From: Mobula hypostoma
Lineage: Eukaryota
Direction: 5' to 3'
Length of the DNA stretch: 64,000 nt
Assembly: GCF_963921235.1 (NCBI RefSeq)
Contig: NC_086104.1
Location: 90,396,001 to 90,460,000, forward strand
In this document: positions 11,530 to 24,127 of the stretch, in pieces
Layout: each line of letters opens with the position of its first letter
Numbering within the stretch: the stretch's first letter is position 1
Notes under the pieces: generated by a model
What the model was told of the DNA's origin: nothing
What the model saw: only the letters and a program-made list of their open reading frames with translations
Databases searched by the model: none
Made by a program: the position numbers and the translations under genes

Positions 11530-13312
11530 ACCAAAGCAACATCAGGAGGTGGAGTCAGCTCTCTCAAACGAGAATAACAACTTCCCACCTCTCACCCTAG
11601 AAGAATTAAAGGATGAAGTATCACAGCTAAAATCCAACAAAGCCGCAGGAATAGATGGGATTTTTAATGAATTCCTTAAACATCTTGGACCTAAAGCACT
11701 CCACAGGCTTCTGTCCCTTTTTAACTGTTGCCTAAGATCATTAAAGATACCTAAAAATTGGAGAAGAGCCAAAGTTGTTGCTCTCCTAAAACCCAATAAA
11801 GACCCCAACATTCCTAAAAGTTACAGACCTATTTCCTTGCTATGCACCCTCTATAAACTCTACAAGAGACTCATACTGAAAAGAATATCCCCCTTAGTCG
11901 AAGATCTTCCAACACCAGACCAAGCTGGGTTCAGGCTCTTGCTGCAGTCAAGTCCTGAACTTAACCCAGTATATTGAGGATGGCTTTGAAATTCGACAAA
12001 TTACAGGGGCAGTATTCGTTGACTTAACAGCAGCATACGACACTGTGAATCACAGAGGCCTTCTACTGAAATTATCGAAAATATTAAAGAACGAAACCAC
12101 AGTCAAAGTAATGAGAAGCCTCCTAGAAAATCACAGATTTCATGTAGAAATGAATGGAATTAAGAGTAGGTGACATCCACAAAAGAACGGACTACCACAG
12201 GGATCAGTCCTGGCACCTCTACTATTTAATGTCTACACAAACGACCAACCAACCTTCCCTAACACATGCAGGTTTATCTATGCAGATGACCTATGCATAG
12301 CAACACAAGCTAACTCCTTCCAAGAAGTTGAAGTACGACTTACAGCAGTCCTCGAAGCAATGAAGCAGTATTATGAAAAATGATCTCTGAACCCAAATCC
12401 ATCAAAAACTCAAGTGTGTGCATTCCACCTGAGGAATCGGGAAGCAGCTTGGAAACTCAAAATCTTCTGGTGTGGGAAGGAGCTCGAACACCATCCGACT
12501 CCAATTTACCTGGGCGTGACATTTGCCCTCATTTGCCACCCACATCCAAAAACTCCTGAGGGGAAAATTGGCTCTTGCAATTCTCTCTTGAAAAAATTAG
12601 CAGGCACGAAATGGGGAGCTAATGCTCACACACTTAGATCAACTGCCCTAGCACTCTGCTATGCACCTGCAGAATACTGTGCACCTGTGTGGGACAGATC
12701 AGCCCACGCAAAGAAAATCGACCCGTTGCTTAACGAAGCCTGCCGAATAATCATGGGCACACTGAGCCCCACACTCACTAACATAATTTACAGACTTGCA
12801 GGCATTGCTCCCCCAGAGATCCGAAGACACACTACAACAAAAATTGAAAAAGGTAAACAGAACTCGGATCCACGGCACCCACTACATCATCATGTGCCAG
12901 TTTCCAACGGCCTAAAATTGAGGAAAAGCTTTGCTACAGTGGAGGAACTACCGCACAGAACATCCCCTTAAACATGCAGGATTGACCTTTGGCAACAAAC
13001 AGAAGCTAGAACCCCACCAAACAATACAGTGAAAGACCCCACAGAAATGATACCAGATGGGGCACTGCTTGACAGACGGAAGTGGTGCACTCTCAATAGA
13101 GCGAGAGCGGGAGTTTGTAGGATGGGAGACAATATGGTGAAGTGGGGTTTAAAGACCAGTGAATCCTGTGAGTGTGGCGAAAGGGTGAAGAACATTGAAT
13201 ACGTTCTGTGCAACTGCCCACTCTCACCTGATTTAGCTGACACTGACCTACTCAACATCAACCAAACAACACTAGAGTGGCTGGCTGGCTGATGTGACAA
13301 GCTATGATGATG
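11530..13312 (+). mobile_element. 5'-truncated Ingi/Vingi-like non-LTR retrotransposon (RT plus C-terminal Cys/His motif), frameshifted
   Basis: RT motifs KAAGIDGI, YRPISLLC, QAGFR, FVDLTAAYDTV, GLPQGSVLAP, YADD; C-terminal CECG. Ends in a (TGA)n tail with 9-bp TSD accacattc (11521-11529 and 13313-13321). Clade assignment is from recalled motif pattern. Confidence 0.8.
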
Positions 13313-14037
13313 ACCACATTCTTGACTTGTTCTCTGGGCAATGAACACAGTTCATAGTCTTGTAAACAATGGAGAACTCTCCCATGATCCCTACAGTGTA
13401 GATATTTCACATCGCTGCTTCAGAAAGTTAACTATTTCTATCAGCAGGGTCATACTCAACCTACTGAGTATGGGACGGAAAACACTGAACAACTGGAAAC
13501 ATCTGTGGAGGGGAGAACTATTCAGGTCCAAGACTCTGTATCAGGAATGGAAAAGAAAGAAAACAAGTTTGTATTAACTTGCAGGGAAAGGGTGGAAGGA
13601 ATGGACAGGGAAGAGGACAGGATGAAATTAGAGTTGCCATGGAGATAAATTACAACGGTCAATGGGATGATGCATTAATCAAGGCATTAGGAGACAGTGA
13701 AAATGAACAAAAGCTATGAAATGAGGGCAGGTCAAGGGTGAGAATAAAAAGAACTTGCAAAATGTCGGGCTGGAGAATGCGCTTGGGTCAGTCGGTGACA
13801 GTGCAGGCAGCAAAGCTGAGGGAACTCTTGTCCTTTTCTGACCGAAACAGAGATGATCTGAAGTTGATTACAGTTCACCAACATATACATACACCTGGCT
13901 GATCTCATTTTCATTTTGAACATCTTGAATCCCATTCACTTCTGCCAGATGGAAGGTGGAGCGAATGATCCTCACCTGTCCTTCACTGGCTTTGTGAAAC
14001 AGTCTTTGTTTCAGTCATACTTGGCCCCCAACATATA

Positions 14038-14222
14038 AGTCTGCAGATGCTGGAAATCAGAGCAACACACACAAAATGCCGGAGGAACTCAGCAGGCCAG
14101 CAAGTATCTATGGAAAAGAGTAGAGTTGATGTTTTGGGCCAAAACACTTTGGCAGGACTCAGGACAAAAGGTTTCAGCCTGAAATGTTGACTCTGCGGAG
14201 TTCCTCCAGCATTTTGTGTCTG
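14038..14222. mobile_element. Degenerate fold-back Penelope-derived element
   Basis: gcagatgctggaaatc...ggaggaactcagcagg...gagttcctccagcattttgtg; same family as 457-684. Confidence 0.7.
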
Positions 14223-14399
14223 TTCTTCATCGTATAGCCCCTTTTCTGGAACATCAATGTCTGCACATAGAACTCAAAATATTTCATTAGCTTTCTACTC
14301 AGTTCCTTCCCTGCTCTTACTTCATACGGCCCTTCTCTGACCCTTCCCTTCCCGGACCTGTCTTCAGCTCAGAGGACATGCAAGTGATAAATATTCATT

Positions 14400-15210
14400 A
14401 CCAAAGGATACCTCACCTTCCTCTCACCTTTCCCCCATAACCATTCTGTTCTATTCTCTAGATTCATCTGTCTCCATCATATTTGCACTGATCAGCTGTT
14501 CCTCTCCACTGCTTCTAATATATCTTATGTTCTTTCTGAACCATGATCTCCCTGCTGTTATCTATTTCCTACACTTCTGCTCTCATCCCATCTTCTCCAG
14601 GGCTGAGGAAGGATAGAGTTACATTGGTCCTCACCTTCAACATAATTGGACTTTGTGATCAACTTTGCAATTTCTGCCCACTTCAACAAAAGTCTGGCAC
14701 CAATCAAATCCTCCCCTCCCTCCTCTTTCAGCATTTCGGAGGGACTTCACAACACTTTGGTCTGCTCTTCCGTCTCCACCAATCACTTCCCTTCTTCTGG
14801 TACCTTTTCACTGAGCTGTAGGAGATGCAATGCCTGCCCTTTCCTCCTTTCCCTTCCTATCACCTAAAAATCCAATCCGTCCTTTGAAGCAGAGCAAACA
14901 TGGCACATCGTCCAAGTCCTGGGTACTGAAGTCAGTGTTTAGAATGGGGCCTCCTCTATACTGGAGAAGCCAAACCTGGAGTGTGTGGAAGTCTTCTGTT
15001 CAGATGGCAGGGGTAACTCTGGCCTTCTTGTTGTCTAAAAATGTAATTCATATTCACTCCCTCTCTGACCCATCTGTGGCTTCCTGCACTTTGTAATGAG
15101 GCTCCATGAGGCAAACTCAAGGAACACCATCTCATCTGCCATTTTGGTACAATGCAGCTTTCTGGACACGATACAGAATTCCTCAACTCAGGTAAATCAC
15201 CTCCTATATG
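14400..15210 (+). mobile_element. Penelope-like element remnant (RT-endonuclease linker and GIY-YIG region), degraded
   Basis: Fragments DRVTLVLTF and SGTFSLSCRRCNACP (Cys linker), and LLYTGEAK at about 14951 (YIG box), spread over frameshifts. Confidence 0.65.
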
Positions 15211-15904
15211 CCAGAGCTCCTGTATGTCAACGATCTGTGAAATTCCACAGCCTTCCACTCTCCTCATTAGCACAGTCTGATCTGGTGGGATCGTACTTCA
15301 GCCCAGACTGACCAATCTTTGCTAGTACGATCGCTTTCGAACTGCGCACATTCACCTGTCAGCTGGGCTCACCCGGGGAGAAACGGAGGGGGGAGGGAGA
15401 GTGGGGGAGGGGGAGGGGAGAGAGTGGTGGTGGGAGGGGAGTTTCCAGAATTTTCCTGGTTTATTCCCTGTGTGCATTCTATTCAGACCAGAACCCTAAT
15501 TTTTAGAAAAACTCTTTGCTTTTGTATTATTTACTACTGATTCTCTTCCAGCAAGGTATGTGGAATTTCTGTTCCCCTCTGCAAAGGGATTTTTGCTTAA
15601 CTTGATATACCCTCAACCCCCTGCTTTCCTGGTGCAAAATCAATTATCTGAAGCATTGATGTGAACCCTGCATCTAGTGTGGAGCTGCCCAGTCTCTACT
15701 GATCTGTGTTGTAAGAGGAAACCTGGATTTCCCACAGCCTCTGGCTTCCTCGCGCTGCTTGTCAAAAGCCTTGTGTCACGAGGCAGGGCCTAATGAGTCA
15801 ATAATTCTGTCAAGTGGGTGTGCCAGAACCTGAGGTGGCAGAGGAATCTTTAACAGCTGGTTAATCCATGACCCGAGCTCAGCCAAAAGTCACAGACTGC
15901 ATGA

Positions 15905-16200
15905 CAGCATAGGCTATAGAACTACTGCCTGACAGCTCCAGTTCCATCTTGACCTCCAGTGCCATCTGTGTGGAAATTGTTACATTCTTCCCATCAGCTT
16001 GTGCATTTTCTCCACGTACTTCAGTTTTGACCTATATGCCATCGATGTGCAGGTTGTAAGATCCCGAATGTAGCTTTCAGTTCAGTGGGTAGCAGAACCT
16101 GACAGGCACTGAAGGGAACGTGGCGAAAACAGGGTTGTAAACTGAACCATTCTGTGAGCTGACAAACACTCAATGCACAGAATTTATGTCTGATGTTGTG
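15905..16200 (+). mobile_element. V-SINE/HE1-like SINE remnant
   Basis: tRNA-like head followed by ctgtgtggaaattgttacattcttccc...gcattttctcc (V-domain-like). Confidence 0.5.
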
Positions 16201-16760
16201 AGGACATATTGACCACATAATGGACTTGGAATGCTTATGAATATCATAGGCTTTAAAAAAAATCAACATTAGCACTATAAAATTTTCAAAATCTGTAAAA
16301 TTGCAAAGAAAGTAAAACACCAAAAATCTGACAGTCTTAAATGTTCAAAAACAAAAGAAACTCAAATTAATTTAGAATTTGTTCAAAAGTATTCAAAATC
16401 TCTTGTTGTGGTTTATCTTCAGCTAACGGGTTGCACTGTGTTCAAGACAACACAGGATCCCCACAAAGCAGGAATTGAGGGATTGCAGGAAGAATTCATT
16501 CCAAAGGGAAACTCTTACATTACTCCAAACACAGGCAGGATAACAGAAGATTAACAAGAGCAATATAACATAATTGAAGATTAGCAATAATATGAAGTAA
16601 ACAAAATACTCAATAAAACAAAACAGAATTATCAAGATCTGGGGTAAACCCAAATGATGAAAATGAAGGATAAACACAAAATGATCCATGATGATCCCAG
16701 TTAGAAGAAACAAAATCATTCCACTCAGCAGAACAACCCAAATATCACCAAAGCAAAGAC

Positions 16761-17893
16761 TGTCAATACCTCCAGTTCAGCTCTGTCTTTTTGTGTGTTT
16801 CCCCCTAGCTGTCAGTCTGTGGTTTTGTATTGCCATGTGCTCCTGTCCCCACTCCCGCTCTACTCCGACCCCTGTATTACTGAGTACTCCGTCTCTCACC
16901 TGTTTCTCATTATTACCTGTATTGTTGCCACCTGTGTCTCACTGTGCTCCACCTATCATCTGCCTCTCTGTTTATTGTTCAATGTATTTCAGTCCTGTCT
17001 TTTCACCTGTTTGTTGCCAGATTGCGCCAGTGAGTTTTCCTGAGCCTTTCCAGCATTTGTATCTGTACTCTTTCCGTCTGAATAATGACTCTGCCTGGTT
17101 TTTGGATTCCTCTGGATTAGTTTAGATTATTAGATTATGAGGACACGCAGTCCTCTTTTATTGTCATTTAGTAATGCATGCATTAAGAAATGATAAAATG
17201 TTCCTCCAGAATGATATCACAGACACACATGACAAACTGACTTAAAAACTAACAAAAACCACATAATTATAACATATAGTTACAACAGTGCAAAGCAATA
17301 CCGTAATTTGATAAGAACAGACCATGGCACGGTAAAAGTCTCAAAATCTCTCGAAAGTCCTATCATCTCACGCAGACGGTGAACCTCCAGCGCCGCCAAC
17401 TTGCCGATGCAGCATACTGGAAGCATCCGACCACAGTCCGACTCCAAGTCCGTCCGAAAACTCCGAGCCTCCGACCAGCTCTCTGACACCGAGCACCATC
17501 TCTGCTGAGCGCTTCAACCCCGGCCCCAGCAATAGGCAAAGCCGAGGATTTGGGGCCTTCCCCTGCGGAGATTCTTGATTGCACAGTAACAGCGGCAGCG
17601 AAGCGGGCATTTCAGAAGTTACTCCAGGTGTTCCTCCGTGCTTCTCACGGCTGTCTCCATCAAATCTGGATTGTGCACGGCCCCCTAGTTAACACATACA
17701 ATATTCATTCGGAACAGCCACGCGCGCTGCGTCATGCCACCATCTTCTCCTCCCTCCTGTTTTGATCATGTTTTGATCTCTGCTTGAACTTTGATGCCAA
17801 CTTTGTTTGCACCTTCGGATTTGTTATTTAACTAATATCACTGTGTGCACAGTACCGGGTCTGCAATTCGATCCCTGCTCCAGCGTCCTGACA
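16761..17893. mobile_element. Solo LTR (about 490 bp) with a nested insertion at 17121-17757
   Basis: TGTCA...TGACA termini with exact 5-bp TSD aagac (16756-16760 and 17894-17898). Confidence 0.8.
17121..17757 (-). mobile_element. Non-autonomous retroposon with GC-rich 5' end and (ATCTA)n tail
   Basis: Second copy at 51194-51854. 5' end ggaggagaagatgg(t/c)ggc, 3' AATAAA followed by a tandem tail. Confidence 0.75.
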
Positions 17894-20129
17894 AAGACTC
17901 AACTTCAAAAGTAATCCCCAAATCATGGACTCAGCCGGAACTACCAAACTTCGGACTAATCTGAACTTTTTAATACTCAAGCCCACCCTACTCATACCAA
18001 TCTATATTTATAGTCATACAAGGTAGATCCAGGAAGGCAGCCTTAAGATCCAGGAAAGCACAATGTAAACTCGTGTTAAAAAATTATGATCTATCAATCT
18101 CTTCCTTGAATGCTTGAGGTATCACATTTCTCTTGCAAATGGAATTCCAAAGACACATTATTCTCTGGGTGCATAAATTTCTTCTCACCCATGATTAACC
18201 AACCCCTCATTCTGAGAGTGTGACCTTAATTTCAAAGTACTGCAGCCAGGGGAAACGCCAATGTTGTCAAGCCCTTTTAAAATGTGTTCATTACTGTGAG
18301 ATTGAGAGCCGTTACCTTGGAATCAGTTTAGTGAACCTTCACACTCCCTCACTCACATCCATCCTTAAGTAGGGAGTCCTGGCCTTGACACAATACCATA
18401 ATACAGACTCTATACAACAGAGACAAGCTGTCTTTAACCTTATTCTCAAAGTCTTCTTCCAATGAAGTCGAAAATTTTGTTTGCCTTGCTTGCTGCTTAC
18501 TAAACTAAATCTTCCAGTCAGTTCAGTGAATCCACAAACTCTTCCTGTTTTCTTTTTGTGCCCATCACCTAACACCATACCTTCCTCAAACTCACCTTCA
18601 CTAAAAAGGTCACTACCAAACAGTCCCTCCACCATGTGCAACACCAATTTAAACCCAGAAGAAATATCCCTGGTTCCCTCCCTAAACCCCAATTCATTTT
18701 CATATCAAACCATTTCGGGCAATAACTTAAATGGAGCCTCTAATTTCACTGACCTTGTTCATGCCACATTCTCACCACGGCCTTCCACTGCATCACTGGC
18801 AAACCACATAATCTCAAGTTCAAAAGGAACAAATCTCTTTAGCTCCACCAGCCAGGCGGTTCCAGATGCAACATAAGGATCTCATTCCTTGCACTGAAAA
18901 CTCTCTTCCACTAATTCAAAGTCAGTCTTGAGTTTCATCACCCTCCATCTCCTCATTGTCAGTATCTCTAACCCATCCCCCTCTCCGCCACTGCCTCAAC
19001 TGGACTGAAATACTTTCCAAACAACTGCAGCGGCATCGATTTGGACAGATTGTATCTCAGTCTATGTTGCAATCTTTTTAACAAACTTTGCAAATCTACA
19101 CAATGTGTTTTAACGCGGCTAAATGTACAAATATTTTTTTTAAAGTAAAATGAAAGTTACAAAGTTACAGTTTTGGGATGATGGTCTAGTTTGTCAAGTC
19201 ACGTTTTGTTTTCAAATTCATTCCGGAAACTGCTGTGCTGGTGTCTGAATCCATTTCCAACCAGCTCTGCTCCAAGGTCTTTCAAAGCTGGATGAGCAAT
19301 GAAGCAACCCATTGCTTATGACTGTGAGCTAAGTTGCAAAGGCAGGTATGAATTCATCAGCGTTGTGTTTGTTTTTTCGTGTGTCAGGACTCCAGTTTAG
19401 CAGATACAGTACAATATTTTTTATTCCATCTCAGGATGTGGATGTTGTCCAGATGGGCACCGATTTTCTTGATCCTCTGTTGCCTCCATGGTAATAACTG
19501 CAGATGAGGACTATTCAGTCCTTTAAGCTTTCTGCACCACAGAAGAGCCCACTGCTGATATAATCCTGGCTTCTCTGGTTCTCATAACCTTCACTGTCCT
19601 AAAGACTACAGGTTTGTCTCTTGAATCTACTCGGTTTCCAAAGTTCTATGCAACGCATAATTCCGAAGATTCACAATCCCAGGATTTCCTTTCACTCAGT
19701 TTAAATAGGCAACCCTTTATCTTAAGACTATGCTTCCTTCTTGCAGATTCTCTCGGAGGGAAAATTCTTCATAAAATCTACCGTATTGAGACCCCTCTAG
19801 ATCATATATGTTTCAATAAGATCATCTTCTTCTGAATTCCAGAAAGTATCAGTTCAAACCATGTATTTTTCCCTCAAAACATCATACCAGGAATCAATCC
19901 TGTGAATCTTCTCTGCTTTGCTTCTGCAGCAAATAAATCTCCCCTTAGATAATGCAAACAAACTGTATGCTGTACTCCAGGTGTGGTTTCAAACCCTGTA
20001 TTGTAGCAGTGAGTCTCCCTTATTTTTGTCGTCCATCTACGAACACCCCACTTATATGGTCCACCTGCATGCTAACTTTGTATTTCACCTACTAAAGCAG
20101 CAAGAATTGTCTTTCTGGAAGGGTTCTGT

Positions 20130-20890
20130 TGTTCAAAGTCCATTTATTATCAAAGTATGTGTACATTATACAACCTTGAGATTGGTCTTACAGGTCGTCA
20201 CAAAACAAAGAAACCCAGAAGAACCCATTAAAAAAAAAATCAACAAACACCCAATATGCAGAGAGAGAGAAAAAAAAAATGAATTATGCAAGTCATGAAA
20301 GTAAGCAAACAGCATTTTGAATGAAAGAATCCTCAAACACAAGGCCTGGAGTGCAGGCCATAGCCTCAGTACATAGTGGAGTAAACCTCATGGAGCCTGG
20401 AGCAACTGGAGCAGGCCTACAGCCCCAGCGCAGCAAAGAGTGGAGAAAACATCGCGAAGCAGTGAGCAGAACCAGCCCAACCCTTGCCTCTGGTCCTGAC
20501 AGCCTGCACTTTCAATCCATCTGGCCTGGCGTTTAAATCATCCAAACACAGGGCCGTCCCTCGTTCTTGCATCAATATGCTCTAGGCCTGGACCCTGCCA
20601 CCATGTTTCATTCTGTTCTCGACCTTTCCAAATCAGCCCAGTGCCCAGATTAATCAAACCTCACCCTTGGTTTAGGTGGACAGGCCTCGAATGTGCCTCT
20701 CCTCCGCTCCGACTTTGCTCAGCTCCACTCACCCCGACTTTGTCTCGAATATGCCCTGACTTCACCCTGCATCCGCACGCTTTGACCCTCGTCTCAGCTC
20801 CACCTTCTCTTGCCTCTCCATTGTTTGCAGTGATCACTTACCACAGTTTTTTTAAAATAGAAAAAAGTGTTACTAGTAAAGTATTTAGTT
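20130..20890 (-). mobile_element. Unclassified non-autonomous retroposon with LINE-type 3' tail
   Basis: Tail gttcaaagtccatttattatcaaagta is the reverse complement of tails at 33240-33305 and 55430-55510. Confidence 0.55.
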
Positions 20891-21608
20891 GAATTCCTTG
20901 TTTTGGTAACCACCAGAAAGTAGTTGCTCACCTTCAGCAGCACCATCTTAAACCAAGGACTAAGGACTATCAGAATAACCAGCTTTTCTATTTGCAAAGG
21001 GAATAATCGCACATTTCTCTGCACAGTATTGTAGCCGTCATGGCTTTGCCAACGTACAACCTAATTTTGTCCCTTTGCAGATTCGGCACCCTTATCACAA
21101 GTAACTTTCGCGTCCATCTTAAAATCATCTGCAAACTTTGGTACATCATAGCCAGTCCCTTGGCTTAAATCCTTTAATACAGGTAAATGGGAAAGATGCA
21201 CTGTTAGTGCTTGCCAGTCTGTATGCTACATAGTGTCCTTCTCTCACTGAGCTCCTGGACCACCTGCAGCCATGTGTCTGTGGATTTACTTTCAGGAACT
21301 TGTCAGTTCTTGTTCTATGGACTCTGTTTGTTTTAATTGTTTGCATGATTTCTTCATTCCTTTTCACACATCAGATGTATGACCGTCTTTGTGGTGTGCG
21401 GGTTTTTTCATGAATTCCATTGTGCTTCATGTTTTGTGACTGCCTGCAAGAAGATGAATCACAAGGTCGTACATGGTATACACACTCGAATGATAAACGT
21501 ACTTTGAACTTGGAGCCTCTGCAACGTTACTCTGAAATAGCAGGGGTTCTCATCACGTTTGTTATGTGCCGTGCTGCATAACATGGGTGATCATAGTCTT
21601 TTCATAAC

Positions 21609-24127
21609 TGTAAGACCATAAAATATAGGAGCAGAATTAGGCCACTTGGCCCATCAAGTCTGTTCTGCCATTTTGTCATGGCTGATCCAATTTTCCTCTC
21701 AGCGCCAGTCTCCTGCTTCTCCCCATATCCCTTCATGTCCTGACCAATCAAGAATCTATTAACCTCTGCCTTAAATGAACAGTGCCTATAAAATGTATTC
21801 ACCCCCCACCCCTTGAACGGTTTCATGTTTTACAACAGTGAATCACAGTGGATTTAATTTGGCTTTTTTTTGACACTGATCAACAGTCAGTGTGAAAATA
21901 GATCTCTACAAATCGATTTAAATTAATTACAAAAGTAAAACACAAAATAACTGGTTGTTTAAGTATTCACCCTGCTTAATATAACATACCAAATCATCAT
22001 TGGTACAGCCAATTGGTTTTAGAAGTCACATAATTAGTTAAATAGAGGTTAAATTAGTTAAATATGCAGTCAAGGTGTTTCAATTGATTGTAGTAAAAAT
22101 ACACCTGTATCTGGAAGGTCCAACTGCTGATGAGTCAGTATCCTGGAGAAAGTTACACATGAAGATAAGAGAACACTCCAAGCAACTCTGTGAAAAGCTT
22201 ATTGAAAAGCACAGGTCAGAAGATGGATACAAGAAAAGTCCCAAGTCACTGAATATCCCTTGGACTACAGTTAGGTCAATCAAGAAATGGAAAGAATATG
22301 GCACAGCCGTAAATTCTGCCGAGAGCAGGCCATCCTCAAAAATTGAGTGACCGTACAAGAAAGGGACTAGTGAGGGAGGCCATAAAGAGACCTTATGGCC
22401 TCCCTTGTAACTCTGTAGGAGTTACAAGTTTCATTGGCTGAGATGGGAGAGACTGCATATACAACAACTGTTGTCTGGGTACTTCACCAGTTGCAGTTTT
22501 ACGGGAGAATGGCAAAGAAAAAGCCACTCTTGGAAAAAAAAACTCAAATGAAATGTCAGCTAGTTTGCCAGAAGGTATGTGGGAGACTCTGAAGTCAGCT
22601 GAAACCAAAATTGAGCTTTTTGGGATTAGACGAAATGCTATGTTTAGCATAAGCCAAACACTTGTGTGTTTCATCATAAACACACCATCCCTACTGGGAA
22701 GCATGGTGGTGACTGCATCATGCTGTGGGGATGCTTCACTGCAGCAGACCCTGGAAGGCTTGTGAAGGTAGAGGGTGAAACAAATGCAGCAAAATACAGG
22801 GAAATCCTGGAGGAAAACCTGATGCAGTCTGCAAGAGAACTTAGATTTGGGTGAAGATTTGTTTTCAAGCAAGACAACGACCCCAAATACAAAGCCAAAG
22901 CTACACAGGAATGGCTTAAAAACAACAAAGTTAATGTCCTTAAGAAGCCAAGTTACATCCCAGACCTCAATCCAATTAAGAATTTGTGGCTGGACTCGAA
23001 AGGGCTGTTCACTCACGATCCCCATGCAATCTGACAATGCTTGAGCAGTTTTGTAAAGAAGAATGGGGGAAAATTGCAGTGTAAAGCTGATAGAGACCTA
23101 TCCACACAGACTCAAGACTATAATTGCTGCCAAAGGTGCATCTATTAAATACTGACTTGAAGAGGATGAATCAATTATTTAGTGTTCTACATTTGTATTT
23201 ATTTTAGCTCACTTTGTAGAGATCTGTTTTCTCTTTGACATGAAAGTCTTTTTCTGTTGATCAGTGTCAAAAGCCAAATTAAATCCACTGTAATTCAATG
23301 TTGTAAAACGATAAAGTATGAAAACTTTCAAGGGGGTGAATACTTTTTAAAGGCACTGTACATAAAGACCTGGCCTCCACAGCTGCCTGTGGCAAAGAAT
23401 TCCACAGGTTCACCACTCGTTGGCTAGAGAAATTTCTTCTCATCTCTGTTCTAAAAGGATGCCCCTCTATTCTGAGACTGTGTCCTCTGGTCTTAGACTC
23501 TCCCACCATAGGACACATCCTCTCCACATCCACTCTATAAAGGCCTTTCACCATTCACTGGGTTTCAATGAGGTCACCCCTCATTCTTCTGAATTCTAGT
23601 AAATACAGGCCCAGAGCCATCAAACGCTTTTCATATGACAAGCCATTCAATTTTGGAATCATTTTTGTGAACCTCCTTTGACCCCTCTCTGGTTTCAGCA
23701 CATCCTTTCTAAGGGGTCCAAACTGCTCACAATACTCCAAGTGAGGCCTCACTGGTGCTTTATAAAGTCTCAGCATTTCATCCTTGCTTTTATATTCTAG
23801 TCCTCTTGAAATGAATGTTAACATCAAATTTGCGATCCTCACCACAGACTTGACCTGCTAATTAACCTTTAGGGAATCCTGCACAAGGATACCCAAGACC
23901 CTTTGCACATTTGACTTTTGGTATTTTCTGTCCATTTAAAAAATAGTTTATTGTTCATTTCTTCTACAAAAGTGCATGACCATACACTTCCCGATACTGT
24001 ATTCCATCTGCCATTTCTTTGCCCAATCTTCTAATCTGTCTAAATCCTCCTGTAGCCTCTCTAGTTCCTCAAAACTACCTGCCCTTCCACCTATCTTCAT
24101 ATCATCTGCAAACTTTGCAACAAAGCC
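21609..24127 (-). mobile_element. CR1 LINE 3' portion interrupted by Tc1
   Basis: RT C-terminus LYKAPVRPHLEYCEQF and RVVNLWNSLP, plus CR1 3' UTR and tail. Confidence 0.9.
21780..23358 (+). mobile_element. Full-length Tc1-like DNA transposon with disrupted transposase
   Basis: TIRs CAGTGCCT(A/T)TAAAA..GTATTCACCCC extend imperfectly for well over 100 bp. Transposase from about 22159 (MKIREHSKQL; ETKIELFG; KHGGDCIMLWGCF; FKQDNDPK; [11 protein letters not shown]) with stops and frameshifts. Confidence 0.95.

Noticed and set aside
22393-23037. 214-aa minus-strand ORF, and similar long ORFs at 44494-45120, 46705-47166 and 61505-61966
   Set aside because: Antisense shadows of Tc1 or CR1 coding sequence.
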